From: Selaginella moellendorffii
Taxonomy: Eukaryota; Plantae; Lycopodiophyta
Direction: 5' to 3'
DNA length: 64,000 nucleotides
Assembly: GCF_000143415.4 (NCBI RefSeq)
Contig: NW_003314382.1
Location: 212,210 to 276,209 of the forward strand
In this document: positions 44,322 through 55,016 of the stretch, piece by piece
Numbering within the stretch: position 1 is the first letter of the stretch
How the letters are laid out: each line of letters opens with the position of its first letter
Position numbers and translations under genes: made by a program
Notes under the pieces: generated by a model
Told to the model about the DNA's origin: nothing
Seen by the model: only the letters and a program-made list of their open reading frames with translations
Database searches by the model: none

Positions 44322-46130
44322 ATGTTGCCGAGGAGAAGAGCTCTAGGAGTTCTTGCGAGATTCGTGCTTGCCAGGAGCTACAGCAGGAGGGAGACATGGG
44401 GTGGAAAGCCATTCTTGCAACACCCGCTCGCTCCAAGGAACCGGGGATGGGGGCTGGAGCTCAAGATGCTGGAGTGCGTGAGGAAAGGTAAGGTGATGTT
44501 CGCCAGGAAGATCCTCCCTCTGTGCCTGGAGCGCGGCGTCTTCACCGAGAACACCGAGCTCGCGACGCTGGTGATCGAGCTCTTCGGCAAGAACAGCTGC
44601 CTGGAAGAAGCGCGCGTGACCTTCGAGAGCCTGCCAAGACCCGGCAACATCGCCTGGCACTTCATGGTCCAGGCCTACATCCTGGCCGGGAAGATCGACG
44701 AGGCGCGAGAGCTCTTCGACAAGATCCCGACGATCACCGCTCACACTCGCAACGTGATGCTGGGAGCTTACCTCGCCAAGAACAGGCTCGCCGACGCCAA
44801 GGCTCTCTACGATCGCCGCCCCGTCCAGGAGCTCGTGACGTGGTGTATCATGTTTACCGCGCTCGTCAAGAGCGATCATCTCGACACCGCGCGAGGGATG
44901 CTCTGGGCGATGCCAGTGACCAGGATCGACATCGCCTGGAACGTAGTGATCCAGGCCTACTGTAAGAAGGGTCTCTTCGATCAAGCCAAGGAAGTGTTTG
45001 ATTCCATGCCTGGGCATTCCAAGAACCCAATCACGTACCGGATGATGGTCACTGCCTATGCCCAGTCCGGGCATCTCGCCCAGGCGCGCGAGCTCCTCCG
45101 CGAGATTGAGGAGCTCGATGGCGTCGCCTGGAACGAGATGATCCAGGCGTATGCCCGGTTTGGGCATCTTGGCCGCGCGCTGGAGATGATGGATCTCCGC
45201 CCGGGACGCACCGACGACGCCTCGCGCATAGCGATGATCCAGGCCGCCGGGAGGCTGGGCAGGATCCGCGACGCCGAGACGATCTTCGCCAGCGTCACAC
45301 TCGATCGCGTCGCTTACAACGCGCTGCTAACGGCCTATGCCCGCGCTGGGCTCGTCGACGCCGCCAGGAAGATCTTCCACGATCTGGACGACGCCAGGAA
45401 CGAGACCAGCTGGAGCAACATGATCCAGTGCTACGCGCAGCGCGATCTCGTCCACGACGCCGAGGAGCTCTTCGATCGATCGCCATACGAGTGCGTCGCA
45501 GCGTCCACTGCGATGGTCGGAGCTTACGCTCGAGCTGGGCTTGTGTTCCAGGCCAAGCGCTTGTTTGACAGCCTCATCTTGAAGAACGCCACCACCTGGG
45601 CAGTGATGATCGGTGGCTATGCCCGGAGTGGGCATCCCAGAGCCGCGATCCATTTCTTCCACCGGATGGTGTTCGAGGGCGTCGATCCCACTCGCCTGGC
45701 TTTCACGGCCGTTTTAACTGCCTGTCAGCTGAAGCGGGCGCGCTACTATCTCAGCTCCATGGGCCGAGACTATGGCGTACCTCCTGGCCTCGAGCACTAC
45801 CACTGCCTCCTCGAGCTTCTCGGGAGGAATGCCAAGCTGCTGGATCGTGCCGAGGAGCTCGTGAACTCGATGCCTTTCTTTCCTGATGCTGCTGCCTGGA
45901 CGATTCTCAAGCGTGCCTGTGAGGCTCACGGGGACACCGAGCGAGCGGCGAGGATCACTGTTTCACCAAAGTTCGAGTTTGTCAGTGCCCATGATCACGT
46001 TTGCAAGCGGGAGATGATTCAGTACCTGGATGAAGCGCTGCCGGACAAGGATCCCAGTGTCAGAGACTATGGAATTCCTATGGCTCATCTCTTTACAATC
46101 GGGAGAGAACTGCGACGATGGGAGAAATGA
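44322..46130 (+). CDS. PLS-class PPR protein with divergent C-terminus, organelle-targeted
   Basis: Arg-rich N-terminus MLPRRRALGVLARF; PPR repeats; HYHCLLELLGR; non-standard tail. Confidence 0.92.
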   Translation: MLPRRRALGVLARFVLARSYSRRETWGGKPFLQHPLAPRNRGWGLELKMLECVRKGKVMFARKILPLCLERGVFTENTELATLVIELFGKNSCLEEARVTFESLPRPGNIAWHFMVQAYILAGKIDEARELFDKIPTITAHTRNVMLGAYLAKNRLADAKALYDRRPVQELVTWCIMFTALVKSDHLDTARGMLWAMPVTRIDIAWNVVIQAYCKKGLFDQAKEVFDSMPGHSKNPITYRMMVTAYAQSGHLAQARELLREIEELDGVAWNEMIQAYARFGHLGRALEMMDLRPGRTDDASRIAMIQAAGRLGRIRDAETIFASVTLDRVAYNALLTAYARAGLVDAARKIFHDLDDARNETSWSNMIQCYAQRDLVHDAEELFDRSPYECVAASTAMVGAYARAGLVFQAKRLFDSLILKNATTWAVMIGGYARSGHPRAAIHFFHRMVFEGVDPTRLAFTAVLTACQLKRARYYLSSMGRDYGVPPGLEHYHCLLELLGRNAKLLDRAEELVNSMPFFPDAAAWTILKRACEAHGDTERAARITVSPKFEFVSAHDHVCKREMIQYLDEALPDKDPSVRDYGIPMAHLFTIGRELRRWEK

Positions 46131-46393
46131 AGGACGTCGTCGTTTTTCTTCTGTACATTGGAACGAGAAACGAACAAAAAACGTTCATGAGAGCGAAAGC
46201 ATTGTCAACTTGGAAACGATTCACGAGCGGGACGCTGCCGAGTATCCAAGAATCGCGCCGTCACACACGTTGAGCTCGATTGACAGGTTCACGGGTCTGC
46301 TGTGATGGCTCGAGTCCACATTTATCTCTCGCTGCTCGTCATGTCGACCTGGGAGTGAGACGCTGAGAAACAAACGGAAAGGAAAGAAAGCTT

Positions 46394-47593
46394 TTAATTA
46401 CCATCACGGCCGTTTGCACACCGCGGACTTTGGAGACTGATACTCACGTCGTTCGCGGATGAAACGTCCGATCTGTTGCTGTTGGTGGCGTCACTGTCGT
46501 GATTGTTAGCTCCACTCACTTCGTGTGGAGGCATCTGACCAATGTTGATGTTGATAGTCACCGAGGAATCTTGCGAGCTAGGAGCACCAAAGAGCTGAGC
46601 AGAGTGATCACCACCACCTCCATGCTCGTCATCTCTATCCGACCTCTTCCACAATTTAAGACTCCATTTTCCAGGCCTCATTGGTCTGCTGCTCACGAGC
46701 CTTCGGTGGTCGCTCCCGGTTCCTTCGTACTCGAAAACTTGAGAGCTCCATCCTTGCTGCTGGCTGACTACACTTTGCTGCTGCTGAGGATGCTGAGGAT
46801 GCTGTGACTGAAGCTCCATCTCATTCGAGAGCTGCAGCTCTGGATCAAACAGTGGTCTGATCGCTGGAGCCATCTGAGGATTCATCTGGGAATAGTTTAC
46901 CAGCCGCCTGTCCGGAGAACTGCGGAGAGAGAGCCGGCAGATGGGACATGTCGAGTGTTGTCTCAGCCATGCGTCTATACAGTCGATGTGGAAGGCATGT
47001 CCACACCATGGAAGGAGGCGAAGCATTTCTTTCTCAGCATAATCGTTGAGACACACAGTACATCTGCATAAACAAAAGGATAAACCAGGACACGCTTTAG
47101 CGACAATATCTCCTTGCCGAGCAAACTATATACGAAAAACAAAGGCTTACAAGGCATCTTCTCGCGAAAACATCCGCTGGTTGTACTTCACGCTTGGAAA
47201 CGTCGCAACCACCGATGGCTCAAGTCCACTCAAGCTCCTCTCCATCTGGAAAAAAAAAATGAAAATCAAAGGGATCAACCACCAGTTCTAAGAAAATGTC
47301 TACTTAGATAGCTAAGTTTGAGCTAAAGCACCACCAAGCAAAGGAAAAAAAGAACGAAAGAAACCAAACAAAGAACTATTTTAGCTCTTGCATGAAACTA
47401 TGCGCTCGCTACTTCCCAGAAATCCAAGGCCAAATCGAGATAATCTTACCGAAGCTACTTGAAATCCCGGCGCCGCTGCCCCGCGCCGCCTCCGCCGCCG
47501 CCACAGCAGCCGCGCGCAAACGAAGACGATGAACGTCGCGCTCACCGCGAATCCCAAGACCGTCATCACCACATTCATGCTTGAGCTGATCAT
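46394..47593 (-). CDS. ATL-family RING-H2 E3 ubiquitin ligase, 3 exons
   Basis: N-terminal TM helix [24 protein letters not shown] plus basic run; GL motif exon; RING-H2 C.VCL.DY...[30 protein letters not shown]. Confidence 0.92.
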
Positions 47594-48192
47594 CCTCGCA
47601 AGGCCGAAATTTTCCCCTCCCACTGCCCGATCGATCGATCTATCTATCTCTCAAGAACGAAGATCTCGGCCGCCGGCATTCCCACGGCCTCCAAGCATTG
47701 CGGAGGCGCGGCAGGGAAGTACTGGCCGGCCGCCATAGCCGTGCACGCTCGTGCTCATCCCTCGCTTATTCTCGCGCTAGGGGAGCTAGAGAAAAAGAAA
47801 TGGGCGTGTAAGGGCAGGGTGTCCTTGCCAAAGTACCTGTCCTTAGGACAGATTTGGCCATGGCCGCGATTCGTGAGTGGAAGAATGGGCCACAAAATTT
47901 CTCTATACAAGTAGCCAATGCATGGTTGATAATAGCTCCAATGGAATTTGGATGACGATAGCAACAGGCAATTCTACCTTTGCACCACAATTGGTGGAAC
48001 AAACTATAGCTAGCTATTTTCTCCTCCTGCGTTCGTACGATAACTACATGAAATCTAGGGTTCTTGGTTTCCTTTTATTCCTTGGTCAATGGAACTACAC
48101 TAATTGAGCCGTTGACCAAATGGGATTAAACTTGGTCAACGTGGGCATGGTTTTGGAGATGGATTTTCAAACCTTGGAACTAACAAGCGGGA

Positions 48193-49794
48193 ATGGACTT
48201 AGCCAGGAGCGTCGACGATGTCCTACGCCTCCCTCCCGACAATGCCGAGGCCGATTGTTTTATCTACTCGTCACTGCTCCAGCGCCTGGGACGCTCCTCG
48301 TCGCTGGAAGGAGGCAGGAGAATCCACCGGCATTTGGCGACTGCCGGGCAGGATCGGTGCAATACTTTCCTTGGAAATCACTTGATCAACATGTATGGGA
48401 AGTGCGGGAGCATCGACGACGCGCGAAGGGTCTTCGAGGGCATTCTCCGACCGAATGTTTTCTCGTGGAACACCATGATCGCTGCATATACCCAGAATGG
48501 GCATTTTGACGAGGCGAGGCGGGTGTTTGGGGAGATGCCGAGGAAGAATGTGGTGTCGTGGAACACACTCTTGGCGGCGTATTCAGAGAGAGGGATGTTG
48601 TGTGAGGCGAAGGAAATGTTTGACAGGATGCCGCAAAAAGATGTCATTTCGTGGAACTCGCTGGTAACAGCATATGCCCAGAATGGGCATATTTTGGTAG
48701 CGAGAGGCTTGTTTGAGAATATGCCCACCCGCGACGCGGCTTCGTGGAACACCATGATCGCGGCCTATGCTCATGCGAAGCACGGCAGCGAGGAAGCCCT
48801 CACGCTTTTCAAGAGATTGATCGCGAGCCCCGTGCGCCCCGACGACATCACATTCCTGAGTGTGATCGAGGCGTGCTCGGATCTGGAAAACGGGCACTTC
48901 ATCCACTCGAGCTTCATCAATGCCAAGGTGAGATCGCCGCTCAAGGTAGAAAACGCGCTCATCAACCTCTACGGCTCCAAGTTCCAGCGCGTCGCCGCCG
49001 CAAGGGAGATCTTCGACACAATGCGCGAGCGCGACTTGATCTCCTGGAACACGATGATCGCGGCATATGCCCAGTCTGGGGATGGCGAGGAAGGCATCCA
49101 TCTCTTCCGGATCATGGATCTCTACGGCGAGGCCCCAGACTCCATCACCCTCATCGCGGTGCTGGACGCTTGCACCGCCGCGCGATCCTTGGAGCGCGGC
49201 AAAACCATCCACGCTGCGATACGCGCTGGGACGAGACTTGATCTTACCACGCACCTCCTCGTTCTCACGGCGCTGGTAAACATGTATGGCAACCTCGGCT
49301 GCGTGGAGCTGGCCATGGAGGCGTTCCAGGGGATCCAGCGCAGGGACGTGACGGCCTGGACGGCGGTGATCGTCGCCCACGCACGGAATGGCCATGGCGG
49401 CGCGGCGCTGGAGCTGTTTCGAGAGTTTGGGCTCGAGGGGATGCAGCCGGATGCCGTGGCGTTCCTCTCCATCTTGACGGCATGCAGCCACGCGGGGCTC
49501 TTGTACAGCGGCCGGGACTTCTTCGTGGCCTTGCATGGCGACTACAACGTCGGGGTTACGTTGGAGCACTACCGGTGTGTGATTGATATGCTGGGAAGGC
49601 TCGGACAATTGGAGCTCGCCGAGGAGGTGATCCGGGGGATGCCGTTCAAGGCCGACTTTGTTTCGTGGGTGACTTTGCTGGGCGCTTGCAAGACGCAGGG
49701 AGATGCCCATCGGGGGCAAAGGGTGGCGGAGGCTGCGTCGAGTTTGGATCCAGGGGTGGCGTCGCCATATGTGTATCGCTACTATGGAAGTTAG
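48193..49794 (+). CDS. PLS-class PPR protein (E domain, truncated end)
   Basis: 533 aa; LINMYGKCGS, PDAVAFLSILTACSHAG, HYRCVIDMLGRLG. Confidence 0.93.
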   Translation: MDLARSVDDVLRLPPDNAEADCFIYSSLLQRLGRSSSLEGGRRIHRHLATAGQDRCNTFLGNHLINMYGKCGSIDDARRVFEGILRPNVFSWNTMIAAYTQNGHFDEARRVFGEMPRKNVVSWNTLLAAYSERGMLCEAKEMFDRMPQKDVISWNSLVTAYAQNGHILVARGLFENMPTRDAASWNTMIAAYAHAKHGSEEALTLFKRLIASPVRPDDITFLSVIEACSDLENGHFIHSSFINAKVRSPLKVENALINLYGSKFQRVAAAREIFDTMRERDLISWNTMIAAYAQSGDGEEGIHLFRIMDLYGEAPDSITLIAVLDACTAARSLERGKTIHAAIRAGTRLDLTTHLLVLTALVNMYGNLGCVELAMEAFQGIQRRDVTAWTAVIVAHARNGHGGAALELFREFGLEGMQPDAVAFLSILTACSHAGLLYSGRDFFVALHGDYNVGVTLEHYRCVIDMLGRLGQLELAEEVIRGMPFKADFVSWVTLLGACKTQGDAHRGQRVAEAASSLDPGVASPYVYRYYGS

Positions 49795-50399
49795 TGGCTT
49801 GGAACTTCGAAATTTTTGTTTGACCGCTGTCTGAAAAGTTGGCGTGTGCGGAAACATTGAAAACGAGGATAGCATTTAGGAACTTTTTGAACGTGGCATT
49901 TTTTCACACTGAGGTCTCAACATCCGACGACCAGCAGAGCTTTTTTGTGGCCGCGAGAGAATGAAATTTTCTCTAAGAAACTGATTATATCACAGAACTT
50001 CGAAGAAACAAAACTACCTCAACCTCTATAAGCTTGCCAATGGAGCGTTTACAAGCGATCGATTTCCATTCATTCATTCATATAAGCTTTTTACTTCTAG
50101 TGGAGAGAGGTGGTGAACGAAACAGTCTCCAGAGGGCTTCCGCAATGGTACTGCTGGATGATATCAGCCAGCGAGAGGACGACACGGGTGTCCATGGGCT
50201 TCACCAGCGGGTACCTTTGCGGGACGAGCACGAAATCATACGTGTGGTTCCTCGTACTCAAAGGATTCGGGTATGGAATGTTGTGGCTGGTATTGGAAGG
50301 AGCGACGTAAGGCTCGAGAATGCTGGCCGTCACAGGTCCTGTGAAAACCAGATCAATATAGATCATAGAAGAACGTGCATGCATAGAAGAAGCATACAC

Positions 50400-51600
50400 G
50401 ATTGTTTCTATGTACTCGGATATTTGCCAAGATGGAATCTCATCTCTTATAATTCCATCAGTATGGCTGATCAAAGAGACTTTTTCAGAAGCACCGAAGA
50501 GCGAGACATGATCACTTGGAACACAATGCTTGAAGTGTATGCCCAAAACAAGGAGGAGAATACAGCAAGAACACTGTTTTCGAAGATGGACCTCGTCTCT
50601 TTTACGGTTTTTATCGTGTTGAGGAAACAAAACGATTATTTGACCAAGTTCCAGCCACTAGTGGTAACATGGAATGTGATGGGCACAGCATATGCTCAAA
50701 GCGGTCACTTTGGAGATTCTCTACATTTTCACTCATGAAAATTCTCGTCACCTTTAGTGCGATGATAAGCATCTGACGTGTTTAAAGCCAAGGAAGCCTT
50801 CGAGTCGATTCCACTGGACGTGGAGCCCTTGCCCAGAATGCATGGATAAGATTGCATTCCAGGAGCTCAGTGTCTTCTCCCCGTCTTCTCTCAAACAGTG
50901 ACTCCGATCCATCCAAATAGTGAGAGCTGCAAACGAGCACGGTTGAGCAGCTTATTGAGTCCCAAGCGGGCATTCGATCGAACACACCCTTGGCGCTTTT
51001 TTCGTAACAGGTCTACCATTAGACAGTTCCACGCTACCAAGTTCCTCTCTGGAATATGCTTCCTTGAGATTGTCCACGAAAGCTTGGATCAATGCTGTCC
51101 ATGACGAGTAGATCGATCCAAAGTGATAGAGGTGTTCCAGCGTATGAAGGCCAGAGACATGATCTCGTGGACGTGTTTGACCATAGCTCATTCCCACGCC
51201 AGAGATGGTGTCAAATCAAGTTTTCCAAGAAATGGCAATGGAAGGAGTGAGGCCAAACCGGATAAGTTTCATGAGCTTGTCGCTTGCAGCCATATGGGAT
51301 GGATAGATCAAGCTCTTGAGTGTTTGTGGAGCATGCAACAATTGACTATGGGATAGATCCACGCCAGGGAGCACTATAGCTGTGTTGTGAATATGTTGGA
51401 GAGAACTGGCCAGCTGACAGAGGCTCGACAGGTTATAAGCTTTTTGCCAGGATGTCCGGTTGCTTGGGGAGCTCATCTTGGAGCTTGCAAGTTTCAGTGT
51501 GATGGTGGTGTTGGAGAGGATGTTTATTCCTCACGTCCTATTGCGAAGCTTACACAAATGTGCTTTTGCGAGGTATATGCCGCCCAAATTATTTTTTGTT
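50400..51600 (+). pseudogene. Frameshifted PPR pseudogene
   Basis: Fragments ERDMITWNTMLEVYAQ, VVTWNVMGTAYAQSGH, LVACSHMG, NMLERTGQLTEA in different frames. Confidence 0.82.
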
Positions 51601-51654
51601 TAAAAAAATGGAACAAATTCTCGAATTAAAAAGCTAGATTATTCTCTTAAAAAT

Positions 51655-51915
51655 CTCGTTCCTTGTCGTCCAGAGTGTGGAAGATCTTCCTGGTGGAGCC
51701 CAGCGCGGGCATAGGCCATGAGGAGCGTGTTGTAAGCGACGCGATCGAGTGTGACGCTGGCGAAGATCGTCTCCGTCGCGGATCCTGCGCAGCTTCCCGG
51801 CGCCCTGGATCATCACGATGCGCGAGGCGTCGTCGGTGTGTGATCCATCATCTCCCGGCCAAGATGCCCAAACCGGGCATACGCCTGGATCATCTCGTTC
51901 CAGGCGACGCCATCT
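51655..51915 (-). pseudogene. Inverted fragment copied from the middle of PPR 44322-46130
   Basis: Reverse complement matches 45118-45405 (GATGGCGTCGCCTGGAACGAGATGATCCAGGCGTATGCCCGGTTTGGGCATCTTGGCCG...). Confidence 0.88.
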
Positions 51916-52378
51916 TTTCTCCTTTTATTTTGGTTATTTATATTCGAGGCAAGCTTTTTTGTTGGTCTGTTTCATCTATCCCACTGTGAGGCATGAGACT
52001 GATGGATCAGTGTTCGCGAGTTGATTTCTTGTGTTTGTAGGGTGGAATGAAGGCTTTATCCGTATGCAATTAAGGTAAGCTCAAAAAGTCCAAAGAAAGA
52101 AAAGATCTGGAGTTCTACATCACGTAGACCACTATTTCGCTTATTTCAATACCGAAAATAATCAGCACTTCTGTTTAAGAAAATGTATAAAGGTTGCTTT
52201 CTAGGAATAAACGTGCTGTGCAGCACCAGATTTGTGCTCAGCCCACCCATCCGAAAAAAAAACTCCTTTCAATGGAAACCGATCACAGATAAATGCTGCT
52301 CTTCTCTCGAGTTCGTTGCTAGATCGCTCCCCAGTCTCGAGTGTCTCTCCTTCGTCCTCCGGCGCGGGAGCAGCACAA

Positions 52379-52814
52379 ATGGAGACGATCAAGCCCCGGG
52401 CGACTCTTGTCCTGTGCTCTGGAGTTTTCCTGCTCTTGATCTCTCTGTTCCTGATCCAGGTTGCTGCCGACGATGATGCGACTCTCGACTGCGATAGCCA
52501 AGTGAATGGTCTCGCCGGGAATTGCATGACTGCCGTGCTCTTTGGAACCAAACCGTCATCCAAGTGCTGCAAGTTCGTGAGGAGCGCCCAGCTCGACTGC
52601 CTCTGTTCCAAGATCACCAAAGATGTCACCAAAATGATCACTGAGCATCTGCTCAGCACCGCTCTTAAAATCGCAAAGCAGTGCAACTGGGAGCTACCTC
52701 ACAACTATCAGTGCGGAAGTTAGTACTCGCTCACTTTCATTTTGCCTTTCTGCTGCTGGTGACAAAAGAACTGACCTTTTGTTCAATGTCGTTGCAGGCT
52801 ACACTTTTCCCTGA
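52379..52814 (+). CDS. Non-specific lipid transfer protein (8-cysteine motif), 2 exons
   Basis: Signal peptide; C-C-CC-CLC-C-C pattern; intron 52720-52797 gives the C-terminus YQCGSYTFP*. Confidence 0.9.
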
Positions 52815-53489
52815 CAAAAAAGAAGTTGATGATTCAGGCATGCTTGTAGCAAATCCTTGAAAAAGCTTACAGTAAGAACTCTCTGGTTAATTATCCGCAT
52901 TGTTGTGCTTTGAGTGTAGAGGTTCCAACGAACAGCATTGCATAATCCTTTCAATCCACTTTACAAGTAACAAAGGAATCGGGCGAGCTTATACATGTAT
53001 ACCCCGGCAACAAAGGATGTTTGGGCATCTGCTTTAGTTCCTGGTTCAGATAGAGAAACGACACACTTTCTTGCTTGCCTCTTGTAAGCTTCTCAATTGC
53101 ATGGACTTTTTTCCAGTGAGCTTCATCCCAACGTTGTAGCTTCTGCCTCTCAACGTTAGTAGTAGTGTTAGATAGCTCCTATATGTTTTGCCCTGCCAGC
53201 TTCTCTATATCTATAAGTTCTCATAGCATTCCATGATGTGATTTTCTTTGAAGAGAAATTATGGATGGAAGCTGATTAGATCTCGCAAGACAGTTCCAGC
53301 ACTGCGTGATGTCCATTCAAGGTGACGGCTCTGGTCGATCTAAACAATGTGTTTGTGTAGAACAAGGCAGAGCTGGCACGGGAGACTTTAGATGGAATCC
53401 AGAACAAAGACTCTTTTTCGTGGGCGATTCTTTTCTCGGTCTATGCCCGGAACGGGAATGTGTACGCCGCCAAGCTTGCATTTGATCAA

Positions 53490-54870
53490 ATCAATGGTAC
53501 TGCTGGATGATATCAACCAGCGAGAGGACGACATGGGCTTCACCAGCGGTTCCGTTGCGGAACGAACGTGTGGTTCCTCGTACTCACAGGATTCGGGTAT
53601 GGAATATTGTGGCTAGTATTGGAAGGAACAGTTGAAGACCTTGGAAGGAGCTACTAGTGCTCTTTGATCTGCCACCACCGTTGAGAAGAGATATTCCCGC
53701 GAAAGCCTTGGATGTGGATTGTGGGAGGCGAGTCAGTGCTGCTCAAGAGGATGAAATTACCAGTCGCCACTGTAGACCCATACTAGATGATCAAACCCAC
53801 AGTGACATGTGCAAACAGGCAGGACACAAGAAAAGAAGACACCGTCATTGGAATTTGTTGTGCGTTTTGTCGTAATCTAAATTCGTCAGTTTTCTAATAA
53901 AGGACCAAAATATTTTTTCGAAATAGACAAAAGAATATTATAATTGTGTTTTAATGGTGTGGAATACTTTGAAGATCTTGTAATTTTTCATCCTTGAATC
54001 TTTGAGTTCAGAAAAATCGAAGATCATACATGATCACTTGGAACACAATGCTTGAAGTCTATGGGAGGAAAACTGTTTTCGAAGATGCCATTCTGGGACC
54101 TCGTCGCTTTTACGGTTTTAATCACAGTTTTTGCATCAAATGGCCGTGTTGAGGACGCAAAACGATTATTTGACCAAGTTCCAGCCACTAGTGTGGATGG
54201 TCTCCGCATATGCTCAAAGGGGTCACTTTGGAGATTCTCTACAATTTCTCTCATGAAAAATCTCGTGACCTTTAGTGTGCTGATATGCATCTATGTGTAG
54301 TGTGGAGACGTGTTTAAAGCCAAGGAAGCCTTCGAGTAGACGGTGATAGAGGTGTTCCAGCGTATGAAGGTCAGAGACATGACCTCATGGACGTGTTTGA
54401 TCACACGCCGGAGATGGTATCAAATCGCTCAAAGTTTTCCAAGAAATGGCCGTGGAAGGAGTGAGGCCAAACCGGATAAATTTCATGAGCTTATTGGTCG
54501 CTTGCAGCCATTGGGATGAATAGATCAAGCTCTTGAGTGTTTGTGGAGCATGCAATTTGACTATGGGATAGGTCCAGCCAGGGAGCACTATAGCTGTGTC
54601 GTGGATATGTTGGCGAGAACTGGCCAGCTGACATATAAGCTTTTTGCCAGGATGTCCGGTTGCTTGAAGAGCTCAGCTTGGAGCTTGCAAGCTTCAGTGT
54701 GATGTTGGTGTTGGAGAGGATGCTGCGAAACATGTTTTTGAGCTGGATCCCTCCAACACTGCTCCTCACGTCCTGTTGCAAAGCTTACACAAATGTGTTT
54801 TTGCGAGGTAGATATATACTGCTTAGAAGACTGAAGGTGTAAACCACCGAAACTAGAAGGAAATTATTTT
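53490..54870 (+). pseudogene. Second copy of the PPR pseudogene block (direct duplicate of ~50140-51620)
   Basis: Shared blocks CAATGGTACTGCTGGATGATATCA.CCAGCGAGAGGACGACA, ACATGATCACTTGGAACACAATGCTTGAAGT and GAGGCCAAACCGGATAA. Confidence 0.85.
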
Positions 54871-55016
54871 TTTCTTTAATGGAACAAATTTCTACAAGAT
54901 ATCTAACACAAAATAAAAAAGAAAGGGTCATGAGCACGTGTGCATGAGCAATTCCCTGATTTCGGATGTTCATAATATATGCTTTAAAGTCAACAATGGT
55001 CAACAAGGGCATAGTA

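Noticed and set aside
48583-49875. Long antisense or alternate-frame ORFs over PPR, OMT and ClpD genes (e.g. 430 aa here, 274 aa at 44343-45167)
   Set aside because: Expected shadows of GC-rich coding sequence; no recognisable motifs.
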